A stretch of DNA of 64,000 nt from Curvularia clavata (Eukaryota), in the NCBI GenBank assembly GCA_023920165.1, contig CP089278.1:2914001-2978000 (forward strand). Reading direction: 5' to 3'. A program made the position numbers and the translations under genes. This document shows, in pieces, positions 1 through 11,840 of this stretch. Each line of letters begins with the position of its first letter. Position 1 is the stretch's first letter. The notes beneath the pieces were generated by a model. It saw only the letters and a list, made by a program, of their open reading frames with translations. It searched no databases and was not told the origin of the DNA.

Positions 1-561
1 CTGGCAACTTCGTTGGTGGAAAGGGATGGAACCCAGGAAATGGCCGGTATGATGCGAATAGTATCTGATGATGAGATTCTCGTTAACCTGATTTCTTAGT
101 ACCATCAACTACGGTGGAGCTTTCAATCCTCAGGGTAACGGATACCTCGCTGTGTACGGATGGACCCGCAACCCTCTTGTGGAGTACTACGTAATTGAAT
201 CCTACGGCACCTATAACCCCAGCAGTGGAGCTCAGTACAAGGGCACCTTCCAGACCGATGGTGGTAACTACGACGTTGCTGTCTCCACTCGTTACAACCA
301 GCCCTCCATCGATGGAACCAGGACCTTCAACCAGTACTGGTAAGCAGTCTCGGCACCTATCTCAGTTATGATACAGGTACTAATCATGATTTCAGGTCTG
401 TCCGCACCCAGAAGCGTGTAGGCGGAAGCGTGAACATGCAGAACCATTTCAATGCTTGGGCTCGTTACGGTCTTAACTTGGGTCAGCACTACTACCAGAT
501 TGTCGCTACCGAAGGCTACCAGTCATCCGGAAGCTCCGAGATCTACGTGCAGACCAAGTAA
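1..561 (+). CDS. GH11 endo-1,4-beta-xylanase, 5'-truncated by the window edge
   Basis: Motifs [24 protein letters not shown] (nucleophile) and IVATEGY (acid/base). Introns 47-99 and 340-395 (GT..AG) restore the frame; TAA at 559-561. Confidence 0.95.
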
Positions 562-1182
562 AGAAACTCTCGACCGTAACAACACAAAGGCTGCCAAATA
601 TGAGCCTGCAACTTTTCCAGAGATTACGCGGCCAATTATGATTTTGGAGAAGTCAGGAATGACTAGACTAGATTAGACAAGGAGAGTGTGATGGATAGTT
701 GTTGGCAAATATATCAGAGCGAGGACAGTATCTTATCGTATCTCTAAAGATATGTCAATCGAATCGCTATGAAAAATCATTACCTACAGCCTGCGTATCG
801 TGATCATCTTATCCTTCCAAAACGGGTAATGTGCCATGTCCTAGCAACTAGGTTTAGCTTCGCGGCATCTATTTAGCCTGATAGAACCTTGAGCATGCCA
901 AGATTCTTCAACTTCTTGTTTCAAAAGCTGCCAAGATCGGACCAGAGGAGTTCTATGGACAGGCTGCATAGGTAATCGAGCATCGTGGGCGCGGAGCAGG
1001 ACTCTAATCAAAAGCTAATAGACAAAATGACATCGCAGCACTCGTTCGTGATAAAGACGTTAGCATATTGATCTCACTCAGGTATCGAGCTTCTGTTCGG
1101 CTATCTATATGAACGCATAATGACTGAGCGGCAATTTCCCCGATCGCCTACTTGGAAGCTTCCGTCCCATAGCGTGGTAACT

Positions 1183-2985
1183 CTACATTTTATTGAACAC
1201 GTTTGTCCCAGTGATGTATTGCTCCGTGTCTTCCCTCATCCTGCTTTCAGTCTCCATGTCGTAGCTATCCTCAGTAACGATAAGTTCATCTGTCAACCCT
1301 TCAAGCAGAACGCTGTTATGTGCCTCGGCTTCGGCCATGAGATCGAAACTCTCTCCAGACTCACTTCCAGCCTTCTCGAAAACATCAAGACCACCGTCGA
1401 ACCATCGTGCTTGTTCACCGATCCAGTCAACACCACCAGTACGGCGATTGCGGCGGATAACCTCCTTCTCTTCAAGAGGGAGCAAAGGAAGTTCAACCTT
1501 GGGTGGCAGAATCGTGCGGCGATGCCAGGCGCCGAGGAACATGCCTTCAGGATCGACCTCGTTGCGGACGCGGTTGTACTCATCAAGGTCGCTACCGTAC
1601 ACTGACGAGAGATAGGCGTTGTCGACAGACTGGAAGTTCTTCGCCCAATGAGGCCTGCCATTGTACTCCTTCATCAAATATTCAAAGGCTTCATAGTAGC
1701 GTTCTCGGCAAGGGGGATCTTGGCCATAGGGGCGATAAAGCGTGGCGTTAAGATACAAGGCGGGTGTGTTTGGATAAGATGTATCAAGGAACGGACGGGG
1801 CTCTCGGTTGACGGTGTTGGCGATGCGGACCTCGATAGGTGAATGAACATACAGACCTTTGGTACTAAACGGGAGGCCAGAAGAATTTTCGTCCCCATGG
1901 AGCCAGTTTGTGAGGCGAGTCAGAGCTTCGGGTCCTTTGTCGAGGGGAATGCTCCATTCGTTGACAAACTGAGAGTAGAGGCAGTTCATAAGGAGTTCAG
2001 TGCGTTGTTCACCGACTGCAGAGATGACACTGCCGTCTTTGAAACCGTATTGCATACCGAAGACGAACCACTCCACCCACGGCAAGAAGCGTGGGACATA
2101 TTGTGATATCCAGAGCAAGATATGATATGTATGATAGCCAACGCTGCCACCGTACCAGTTGTATTCCGGTGCGCGGTGGGGCTTTTTAGTCTTGTCTGCG
2201 CGCCAAACTACTGCACGTTTCATGTACGGCAGCCACCATACTCTGACGAACTCGTTCGAGGTCCATAGTCCATTGTTCCAATCCGCCAGTACATCTTCAA
2301 TTGGCCGTATGGTCTGCACCCACTCGACGTTGTTGGCCTCGACCATCTGAAACTCGATTTCAACAATGATACCCAACGCACCCAGCGATACCAATGCGGC
2401 CCGAAAGAGGTCGGGAGACTGCTTCGGCGAGCATCGAACTGCCTGACCGTTGGCCAGAACTATGCGCAGACTCTGAACGCGGTCCGAGAGGAGGCCATGG
2501 TCATATGAGCTGCCGTGTGTAGCCGTCGCAATGGCTCCAGCTAAAGACTGAACGTCGATGGAACCCAAATTTGGCATTGTCAAGCCGTGGGATTTTGCCT
2601 GAAGATTTAAGTTGTGCATGCGTATTCCAGCTTGCACCGTCATTGTTTTGCGCTCTTTGTCCACCTTCAACACCTCGTTGAAGTCGTCCAGGTTGACCAT
2701 CCATGATGAGGTGCATGTGAGGTCCGAGGGCGAATGTCCGCATCCTACAGTCACGACCCGTCTGCGCATGCGCCGTGCAAGATTGACCACTTTTTGGATC
2801 TCCTGGAGGGTCCGAGGGCGGATATAGAGCTCCGGCCTCGAGTGGAAGGTTCGGGCCCAAGTATGGTGAACGTGGGATTGGGATGCGCGGAAAGGAACGC
2901 CGGGGTCGGTACGATCGAGCTCTATGGAGAGACGTGGCGGCATCATGATGCCCGGTGCACCGCCAAAAGAAGGCGACTCCGCCAT
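1183..2985 (-). CDS. ALO1: D-arabinono-1,4-lactone oxidase (FAD-linked sugar lactone oxidase)
   Basis: 600-aa intronless ORF with VGCGHSPSDL (covalent FAD His), ATATHGS and C-terminal GRPHWAK. Confidence 0.92.
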   Translation of the reverse strand: MAESPSFGGAPGIMMPPRLSIELDRTDPGVPFRASQSHVHHTWARTFHSRPELYIRPRTLQEIQKVVNLARRMRRRVVTVGCGHSPSDLTCTSSWMVNLDDFNEVLKVDKERKTMTVQAGIRMHNLNLQAKSHGLTMPNLGSIDVQSLAGAIATATHGSSYDHGLLSDRVQSLRIVLANGQAVRCSPKQSPDLFRAALVSLGALGIIVEIEFQMVEANNVEWVQTIRPIEDVLADWNNGLWTSNEFVRVWWLPYMKRAVVWRADKTKKPHRAPEYNWYGGSVGYHTYHILLWISQYVPRFLPWVEWFVFGMQYGFKDGSVISAVGEQRTELLMNCLYSQFVNEWSIPLDKGPEALTRLTNWLHGDENSSGLPFSTKGLYVHSPIEVRIANTVNREPRPFLDTSYPNTPALYLNATLYRPYGQDPPCRERYYEAFEYLMKEYNGRPHWAKNFQSVDNAYLSSVYGSDLDEYNRVRNEVDPEGMFLGAWHRRTILPPKVELPLLPLEEKEVIRRNRRTGGVDWIGEQARWFDGGLDVFEKAGSESGESFDLMAEAEAHNSVLLEGLTDELIVTEDSYDMETESRMREDTEQYITGTNVFNKM

Positions 2986-4315
2986 CTTGGTGGTGTTGGG
3001 GAGTTATAAACTCATGAGACGTGATGATGGCGTACAGCAAACCGAGCTGAGATCGAAAGACTCCAGATGACGTTAGCGCAACCCCGCCATGCAGGAACGC
3101 GCCAAGACTTTACACATCAAGAGACGGCCTGATTCGGACACTCGTGCATGGTACTCGACAGTCAGAATTGTCGATGAGCAAGCCATTTCTAAGGATATGT
3201 CAAGATGAAGCATATGCTGAACAACAACTTTGCACTTAGCTACATTAATAGATTGCGTCTATTCAAGAAGTCCTCAAAGCAGCTTCTATGAGGAGCCGCC
3301 ATGCTACACGGTCCATGGCATCTTCTGCTATGTGTTGGAGGATTGTTCTGTAGTCTAACATTGACATCACCTCATCCGAATTCTGGGTGTTAATGACGAT
3401 TACCCACGCCGACCCATCAATCGTGGCAAACCTTAGCGCGTCTCTAGCGCGGACCTATACTATGGCGGGGCTGCCACTTCACCTCTCGACTGCTGCACTG
3501 TCTGTGCGGCCTACATTCATCAATTGCAATGAGAACTAGTACTAAGGAGATCGCGACCATTTTTGAAAGACTTGTGTTGTCTTTTTGTTTCCATTCATTC
3601 ATCCAATTTTGGATAACTCTCAAGCTTGTCTTCATCAGTCTTGCAACCGTATCGCATTTTGTCCCTATATAAATAGCGAATTGTAACAATGGCAGATATG
3701 ATGTTTATTACGCTATATCAATGCTACTATGAGAATGTATCAAGTGCGACAGTCCTCAAATACTCAGTTTCCCAAGCCTTTTCTAGGCATACAAATCGTA
3801 GACCATGTTCTAGCGTCATGTCCTGCATAGGAAAATAGTAAAGGACATGCTCCAGTATTTTATTATCGATTTCTTTAGTATGACGAGAGAGGAGAAAAAG
3901 TCCCACTTAATTAGATCGGCCGTCAACTTCCAGAGCCACCACGACGCGGTACATCACTATATGTCTGTTCACTGAGTTGGACATACCACAATACAAAATC
4001 ACGGGATCGTAAGCTTAATTCTACCATTTCTGATTTTGTATACACCATCAAGGACAGTACCTCAGTATTTTATTAAGCATGTGAGCGGCTTGGCGGTCTG
4101 TTTGCTCACTCCCGTTTGGTCGTGCCTTCCTCGCGCGCAGTCCTTACTCTCACCCGCTAGTGCGTTTGCTTCGCTCACTTATCAACTCAAACCCCTCGAG
4201 TCTCTCCTCTCCTCAACAAGCACTTCTCAACTACTCCTGTTAATCCTATTTTGCCCGCTTCCCTCGCCATATCTTTCTGAAACAACCATCACAAAGAGTT
4301 CGACCACTCATTACG

Positions 4316-7300
4316 ATGCGATTGTGGATACCAGCATCATTTGGACTGCTGGCTGGCTGTCTTGCCAGCACTACCGAGATACTACCAGGTGCTTCTACTC
4401 TTTGTCAAGGTAACTGTGAGAAGCTTCCGATTCCGGCATGCGACAAAAATAGCGCAAAGCGACACGTCGGCTACTTTGAAGCGTCGAACATTCGCCGTCG
4501 TCCTTGCGAGCAAATCTGGCCTGGTCGCTTGAACACCACTGGTTTTACACACGTCACGCTCGGCTTCGCAGTCTTCGACCCCAAGACTTTCACCGTTGCG
4601 ATGGAGCGCCACGATGACAAAGAGGTAGAGGTATACCGGCAATTTCTTCGCCTTCCGGACAACGTCCGTAAGGGCCTTGTAAGTACTCTCCAGAAACATT
4701 GGATACAAAGGAGCGTCTAACGAAATCTAAGGCTATCGGTGGATGGAACATGTCCAATGAAGGACCAACACACACCGCCTGGTCTGATATGTCGAGTACG
4801 AAGGCAAATCGCAGGGCTTTTATCGACTCACTCAAGCATTTTCTTGATACCTGGAAGTTCAGTGGCATCGAGATACACTGGGAGTGGCCTGGCGCATGGA
4901 ATCGCGGCGGCAATCCAACTGATGCCCAAAATCAAGTTGACCTGATTCACGAACTGCGCGACTATTTTGGAAAAGATTTTGGCATTTCGGTCGTCGTGCC
5001 GGCCCAGCATCAGTATCTGAAAAACATGAATCTACTGAAGATGCAAGATGCAGTGGATTGGTTTACCATACTCACGTATGATCTCCATGGACCTTGGGAC
5101 GCATTCATACCCGATCTAGGACCTAAGATCAAGCCTCATACTGACCTTGCCGAAATCGACGCTGCGCTCAACCTCCTTTCGTCCGCTCAGCTCGACCCAG
5201 CCAAGATCAATATGGGTATTGCCAATTACGGTCGCGGCTTCACGGTAGCTGATCAGAGCTGCAAATATTACGGCTGCAAGTTCACTGGTCCGAGTAAAGC
5301 AGGTACCTGCACAAAGGAAGAAGGTCTTCTTAGCGCGTGTGAGATACGCAGAATTATTAAAGAGAAGAATCTTGAACCTCAGATCATCCAGGGTGGTGCC
5401 GGTGTCAAGGCAATCTCTTGGGATGATCAGTGGATTGGGTACGACGACGACGATACTCTCGGGCTGAAACTCGAGCTGGCCAACAAACGCTGTCTTGGGG
5501 GTACCTCACTATGGTCCCTCGAGCACAACCACTGTGACGCACATGTTGACGTGCCATCTACACCTGGCCCAGTTGTACCTGCCCCTCCTGTATCCGAACA
5601 TTCTGCCCAACCTACCCCTGTGTCACCCACTACACCTATTCAAGTTTCGATCGCCCCTCAACCACCAAACAGCTCGAATGGCCCAAAACTTCCATCCCAT
5701 GTTTCATCTGGACCTATGGGCTCTCTGCCTTCAAATCCTCCAATACCTACGTCATCCATTCAAGGATCTGCTGCTGCATCTTCCGTGCAGGGTTCAACGC
5801 CATCACTTCCCTCCCCACCGAACACTCAGCCCTTATTTCAAAGTAGTCCAAGCTCCGTCGATTGGACGGGAACTGCGGTTCCTTCTCTTGGACGTTCCGG
5901 CCTACCCTCTTCCAGATCCTCGAGCGGTCAAGAGTCTTCAGTCGCTGGCTCGAGCGGCTTCACGTCTGCTGTGTCGGGATCTGGCACGGATCATAGTTTG
6001 TCCACTACTTCAATGTTGGCTGTGCCTATAATCCCAGGAGTGTCGAGCTGGCCAATTCAATCATCCGTCGCCCCTACCTCCAATGTCAGCTCCTCCCCCA
6101 ATCCTTCTTTTCTACTTACTTCTGCAACACTCTCTATCAGCCAGAGTAGCTCCACTATTGGTGCATCAAGTGCGCAGGTTTCCATTCCACTGGGAAGCTC
6201 TGCAGGTCCCTCCATCACAGCTGTTGTTCCAATTATTCCGATCAATCCTAGTTTGGCCTCACCAACAACAACGAACACTCAGGGTAGTTGGCAAACTGGA
6301 TCCACCATTCATGGAGGTTTCTCGACAGCTGTGCCAAAAACATCAGCAAGCTCTCCAAATAATCCGAGTCAGACTTTGTCTTCCAGCAGCGGTCCAATAC
6401 TCCAGTCTTCCGGCACTGCAATTCCTAGTTCTCAGTCAAATCCAGTTGAAAGCACTAGTCTCCCACCAGCTGCCAGTCTTATCCGCAGCTCCACTAAACC
6501 GTCTCCTACGGCCACTGGATGTCCTAATGAGTGTCGAAATCTTGACTGGTGCGTAATCTTCTGTGTAGGATGGAAGTTCCCCCGGCCCGACTACGTGCAA
6601 CCACCTCACGAATGTCTACTACCTGAGAACGCTGGGTGGTGTCGAACATGGTGGTGGGGTATCCCACCTGATAAAGACCATAATGGTGGTGACCCTGATT
6701 CGCACTCGGATAGTGATCCAGAATGCAAGCCGAATGACTGCGTTTCGGATTGTGTCAAGTGGCGCATTGCCACCTTCTTTATCTTCAAGCGGCCTGTTTG
6801 CCCATGCGTCCCCAAGAAGTGCGACAAGGACGGCGAGAGCGACAGTCCTAGTGACAGCGATAGAGACGACCCCAAAGTCAAGCCTTCACCAACATCTCGC
6901 CCGAAGGGGAAGAGGCCTGAGTGCAGGCTCTTTGGCTGTGGTTGTGGATGGATGGGTCTTGACTTTGGCCCCGGCTGTCCTGGATTGGAGTTCGAGATTC
7001 CCAGCCCATGTGGTCTCTTCGGTTGCAACCCTTGCGTTTTTTTCGGATGCCCTGGTACCCAACCAGAAGGTATCGTCGGCTACGATGGATATTGCCCAGG
7101 AGGAGGGTGTGAACCCTGTCCAACAGAGCTTTGCAGTCGCCCAGGTTGCACTATTCCCGGAGGTTGTGGCCCAAAGCCAGGTCCTGCACCAACGAAGCCA
7201 CCAAATCGCCCGGACCCAGAAGCCTGCGATGATACAAAATGGACTGTCATTACCGAGCGTTTCGTGTGGTGCACCGAAGGGTTCAATGTGTCTGCACTTC

Positions 7301-8226
7301 CATCAAGTCTACGGGGAACTTCGTCGACAATGATCTCCTCCTTATGTCTACCGATGATCGATGCGACGGTGACCATGTGTGGAGGTGCAATTCCTGGCTT
7401 CGACACTACTACAACGGCGACGGGTACAAACACACTTACCTCGGATGGACCAGCATGTACCCGAGCGCCGCTGTCCTTGGACGATGATGAGGGAGACAAC
7501 AACCCTGGCGATCCATTGAGGACATCCAGAACATTCGCCGGCAACACAACTGTTATGACTTCAAGCAAGGCGTCTTTCTCATCTCCATCGACAGCGAAGA
7601 CAACACCCTCATCTTCTTCAATATCTAGTACAACAGCTCCACCTCCTACGACATCCAAGACAACGCCCCCACCTCCTTCAACAACCACGACATCCTTCGC
7701 CCAACCCTTACCAAGTCTTGGTCCCATGGACAAATATGGACACTGGAGAGTAGCACTTTCTCAGTACATGTTTAACGATTACTCTGAAGTTGGTTGGAAA
7801 CTCTACGACCCCAATGGCAATCTTGCTGGCGAGCATAACGTTCATGGTAATCGAATGAAAGAGATGAAGGACTACATTGAGTCTATGAACCGTCCTATTC
7901 AACACATGATGCCTTTTGGAGTTGATATGACGGTTTTGGAACCCCTCGATCTCCACAAATGTAGGGTGAACTTTGAAATCAAGAAATCGATGCCAGAGTG
8001 CAACTACTCCAAAGAGGTTGGTTGCAGGCTCTATTTCACCACTGAATCTTTCACAGAGGAGATGCCCTTCGTAGTTTCAGTTTGCCAAGCGGCCTGCAGT
8101 GCAAAGGGAAAGAAGCCAGTTTTGGTTCCCTCGGACCTATGGTGCCAGGATCTAAATGATGCTGACTGGGAGCCCATGTCGAACGGTTGGAAACGTCAAT
8201 TTGAATGCGGGTGGAAGGGATTTTGA
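4316..8226 (+). CDS. Secreted GH18 chitinase-like protein with Ser/Pro/Thr linker, Cys-rich region and unknown C-terminal domain
   Basis: Signal-peptide-like N-terminus. Intron 4679-4731 joins KGL|AIGGW in frame. GH18 motifs LTYDLHGPWD, ANYGRGF, WDDQWIGYDD and LGGTSLWSL. Catalytic motif is degenerate (FSGIEIHWE). Confidence 0.88.
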
Positions 8227-8445
8227 GTGAATTCTGTGGAAGGAACAAGTCTTCTTCTATGTTATATACGGATGTCAGGCTGAAACGTGACGAAACGGCG
8301 GTTTGATCGTTCTGAGATAAAAACGCGAAGTGGTAAAAATGAGATCTATAGTAGGCGAACTAATTATGTAAATCCAAGACTCCTTCCCTGTTATGTCTCT
8401 CGATGCACTGAACATGCATCTTTTTCACTCCGAATTCTATTCTAG

Positions 8446-8715
8446 GCCAAGGAGGCTGATGCAAAGGCTGAAAGAATTAAGAAAGCTGTTGAGAAGGCCG
8501 CTAAAGAGGCCGATGTTGCCGCAAGTAATACGCCAGGGGTAGAGGGAATGACTGCTGTTAAGAAAAAAACGAGGTTGATCACGGAAAGGTGCTGCGCCAG
8601 ACGAAGAAGTTGATGATAGGGAGCCGCGGGCTAAGGCATCATGGACGCGCGAAATGCAAGTTGAGGCTGAGGTCTTCGCAGAGTCATATAGAGCGCCAGA
8701 AGGAAGGATATATCG
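8446..8715 (+). mobile_element. Degenerate pogo/Fot1-type (Tc1/mariner) transposase C-terminal fragment
   Basis: Reads AKEADAKAERIKKAVEKAAKE... then, after a frameshift, KKRG*SRKGAAPDEE...EPRAKASWTREMQVE...YRAPEGRIY. This resembles the basic tail (KRGRKRK..EPKAKVARM..RAPVARM) of fungal pogo transposases. Confidence 0.6.
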
Positions 8716-9920
8716 GATGATAGAGCAGGATGGAGTGATTAATAAGGATCTAATTAACTTAGTATTTTTATGGCACCTTGGCTGCATTGATACCCATTGA
8801 CTGTGGTCATATGTAAGCGAGCCGAGACTGATTCTGTGGCTTGCATATTCTGGCAACTGGCTCCTGTGACTGCAACCTGAAAGCCAAGCAGTGACTGCTT
8901 GAGGTTGAGCACGTTAACACACGAGAGCCAACAGCAGATGCAGAGCCACCAGAGAACATTGCATGCATTAGCGAAACGATGATTGATTCTACATCGGAGA
9001 ACAATAGTGCGACAGTGGTACTTCGTATTTGGCGACGAGGTGGAGCATGTAGAAAGTGCTCAGCACAATATAGACATGGACAGGGTCCTGACAATAAGTG
9101 AACTGAAGGATAAAATACAGTATTTCTTCTACTGAATAACTAGTGCCTTCCGTGACAAAGAATGTCCCCACTAACAGTATTTGAGTATCACCGTAGATGC
9201 TGAGGAGCACGTCATCCAATGATTCGCAATTCTCATCGTAATCTGCTGGAAAATCGACCTAACGAAACTTCCAATCGAGGCATCCTCAGTCTTCCACGAT
9301 CGGTCAAGGCACCCATTGATTGTTGATCAGAAAACACTGTGGAGACACAATATTCGCCGTCCCACTACATACCATCGGCACTGGCGTGCTGAGTGGAACC
9401 TTGTTGAGAATCAGGATATGAGCATGTTTTTCTGACTGGGCTTCTCTCATTAACTTACCACACTTCGACCTACCTGGCGCAAATCTCCGTTATACCAGCT
9501 TAGTCTTGTCGAAACTACTTTACTCATCAGTACTGCCTAAGCTTGTATCATTTCCTTCAATAAAGTTTCGCTGTCGTCGTAGAGGTCGCAGAGGAGAGAG
9601 CAAGGGACATTTCGAACCCCTTTACTATTCCCGGCCTGGAAGAATCTGTAGGGTTAACAGTAGTCGTAGAAGAGAGCACCATACTTATAGCTATGTCTAG
9701 GCAGCTAGCTATCTGTTTGTCTTGCTCTGAATGGAAAGACAGAATGCTGGACCGCTCGCGAAGATAATTCGGATGCTCGAATAATGTCATGCGCGTTGTG
9801 CAATTAGTGAAGAGCAGCCTCGGAACTTCGGGCGAACTCGGGTTCGAGAGCTTTATCACATTGAAACCACACACTACAACATCTCGACACTACAGTCACA
9901 ATTGGAGGCAATTGACTAAC

Positions 9921-10523
9921 ATGGCTTTAATTCGAATATTTCAGCTTGGTCTGCGAAAGGCGGTGGTCCCTGGTATAAGGGTGCAGACGGTGCAATCTAT
10001 GGTGCAACGGAGGTACGGAAGCGTATGACAACATGAACACACTTTGTGCTACTCTCTTCTTGGAATCAGAATTGCCGCTGATGATGTTAATAGACTTGCA
10101 ACATCTCAAGCCGACGCCGCTAAGATTCTCGCCAAACAGCGTATTAACCGCCCCGTCTCCCCACATCTCACTATCTACAAGCCGCAGATTACCTCGATTG
10201 CATCAGGACTCAACCGTATTACTGGAGTTACCCTTTCTGCTGCTCTCTACCTCTTTGGTTTCGCATACCTCGCTGCGCCGTATACGGGATGGCATTTGGA
10301 GGCACAGGCTATGGTCGCCACGGTGGCCGCATGGCCTGCGGCCGTCAAGATTGGCCTGAAGGGCTTCTTCGCATTCCCTTTCTTCTTCCATAGCTTCAAT
10401 GGACTTCGGCATTTGGCGTGGGACCTTGGAATCGGATTCAAGAACGCGCATGTTATCAAGACTGGGTGGGCGGCTGTGGGTATGACTGTCGTAGCATCTT
10501 TGTACTACCTTGTTCCTACTTAG
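9921..10523 (+). CDS. SDH3: Succinate dehydrogenase cytochrome b560 subunit (SdhC), possibly a divergent paralog
   Basis: Mitochondrial-presequence-like exon 9921-10012; intron 10013-10093 (alternative in-frame AG at 10069). Motifs NRPVSPHLTIYKPQIT, LNRITG and FHSFNGLRHLAWD. Confidence 0.93.
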
Positions 10524-11753
10524 AAACTACCAAGTCAGGTCAAGGCACTGAGAGGAGCTAGGATATTGAAACCTGATTTGCATGTACAGTGTTTGCTATA
10601 ACACAACCCCATAAGGCTTGTCAGGCTGATTGAAAACCCAGCCCTTGCACAGTTCCATGGGCAATAGAGCGGGACTTGACAACAAACCAGGCTAGTTCAA
10701 TGTGGGAAAGCTTCCGCTTCATTTTTACAGGTCACAATGAGCTGAAGTCAGGCGAGCTAAGTATGTGGAAGCCGATCCTCCATAACGCTGTATCCAAGAA
10801 GCCCATTTTCATCTGGCGACAAAGGTGACGGGAAGCTAGTGACGCAGATTCTGGGCTTCACTAACATCAAGCCATGAATTTTATTTTTGGCATTCTGACG
10901 TAAACCTCTCAACCATATACCCTCAGTCACGTGAATTAGCTTACCGTGTTATATACCACATGAATCGTGCACTAACGTCGTGAGATTACCAGGATCACTC
11001 GATTAGGGTGGCAAAGTACCGAGCCAGGGGAGCGCCGTTGCATCTGCCACAGGACTGATAAGGACCTATCAGCATGTAGTAAGGTTCTAAGGGTCTGATT
11101 CTGTATTATTTCCACTCTGGTTGTGATGGGACGAGTATTTGAGCTATAATAAGAGAGTCGTGCTATGCGAAAAAAAAACAAGGCCCTTGTTTTGAAGGCA
11201 TGAAGGCGACGATGAGGTTGGTAACTTTACTAGATGTATTGCCAGGATGGTAGAGGAGAATGACTAGTATCTGACCCGAAACAGCATAGCACAGTAGGAT
11301 GAATGTAGACAGAAGTGCACTACTCTGAAAGCTAGGTACCTATCATTTTCTTGCTGCACAGTACTTCTCGGCATGTGGTAAGTGTCGTTAGTTTTGCTAA
11401 CGACATGTCTGGAATCCATGCTGCTCTAGCGTTTGATTGCGTCTTCTCGGCCTTACTAAGTTTTGAAGGTGCGCAAATTTGTCTCTTCTTCGTCGTTGAT
11501 ATGTACTTACCTCTTTCACCATATGAAGTTTAGTGGTCAATGGGACCCTCTGGTTAGTTGTGGAAAATATCCAGTCGAAACGCATCACGTGACGTATTTG
11601 CCTAGCCGGCAGCCTGAACGTTTCGTCATCCCCATGTCGCGAAACGGCACCAAACCAATGGATGTAATCCAACAATTGATCTCAGCCAGTCATATACTTT
11701 ACGTTTATGCAATGCCATCCTTCGTCCCCACCCAAACAGGCAGACAGCCTCCT

Positions 11754-11808
11754 CACGTGCCATCACGTGCTCATACTGCTGCCTGTCCTCCCTCTCCTCC
11801 TATATAAA
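11754..11808 (+). promoter_or_regulatory. Putative promoter of the U2-like snRNA: paired CACGTG boxes and TATA box
   Basis: CACGTG at 11754-11759 and 11764-11769 (a third at 11586-11591). TATATAAA at 11801-11808, about 33 nt upstream of the inferred RNA 5' end. Confidence 0.6.
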
Positions 11809-11840
11809 CCTTCTTTTCCTCGCCTCTCTTCCAATTCCTC

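Noticed and set aside
9810..9860. GGGTTCGAGAG, B-box/tRNA-like
   Set aside because: No cloverleaf or oligo-T terminator; it lies in the SdhC upstream region.
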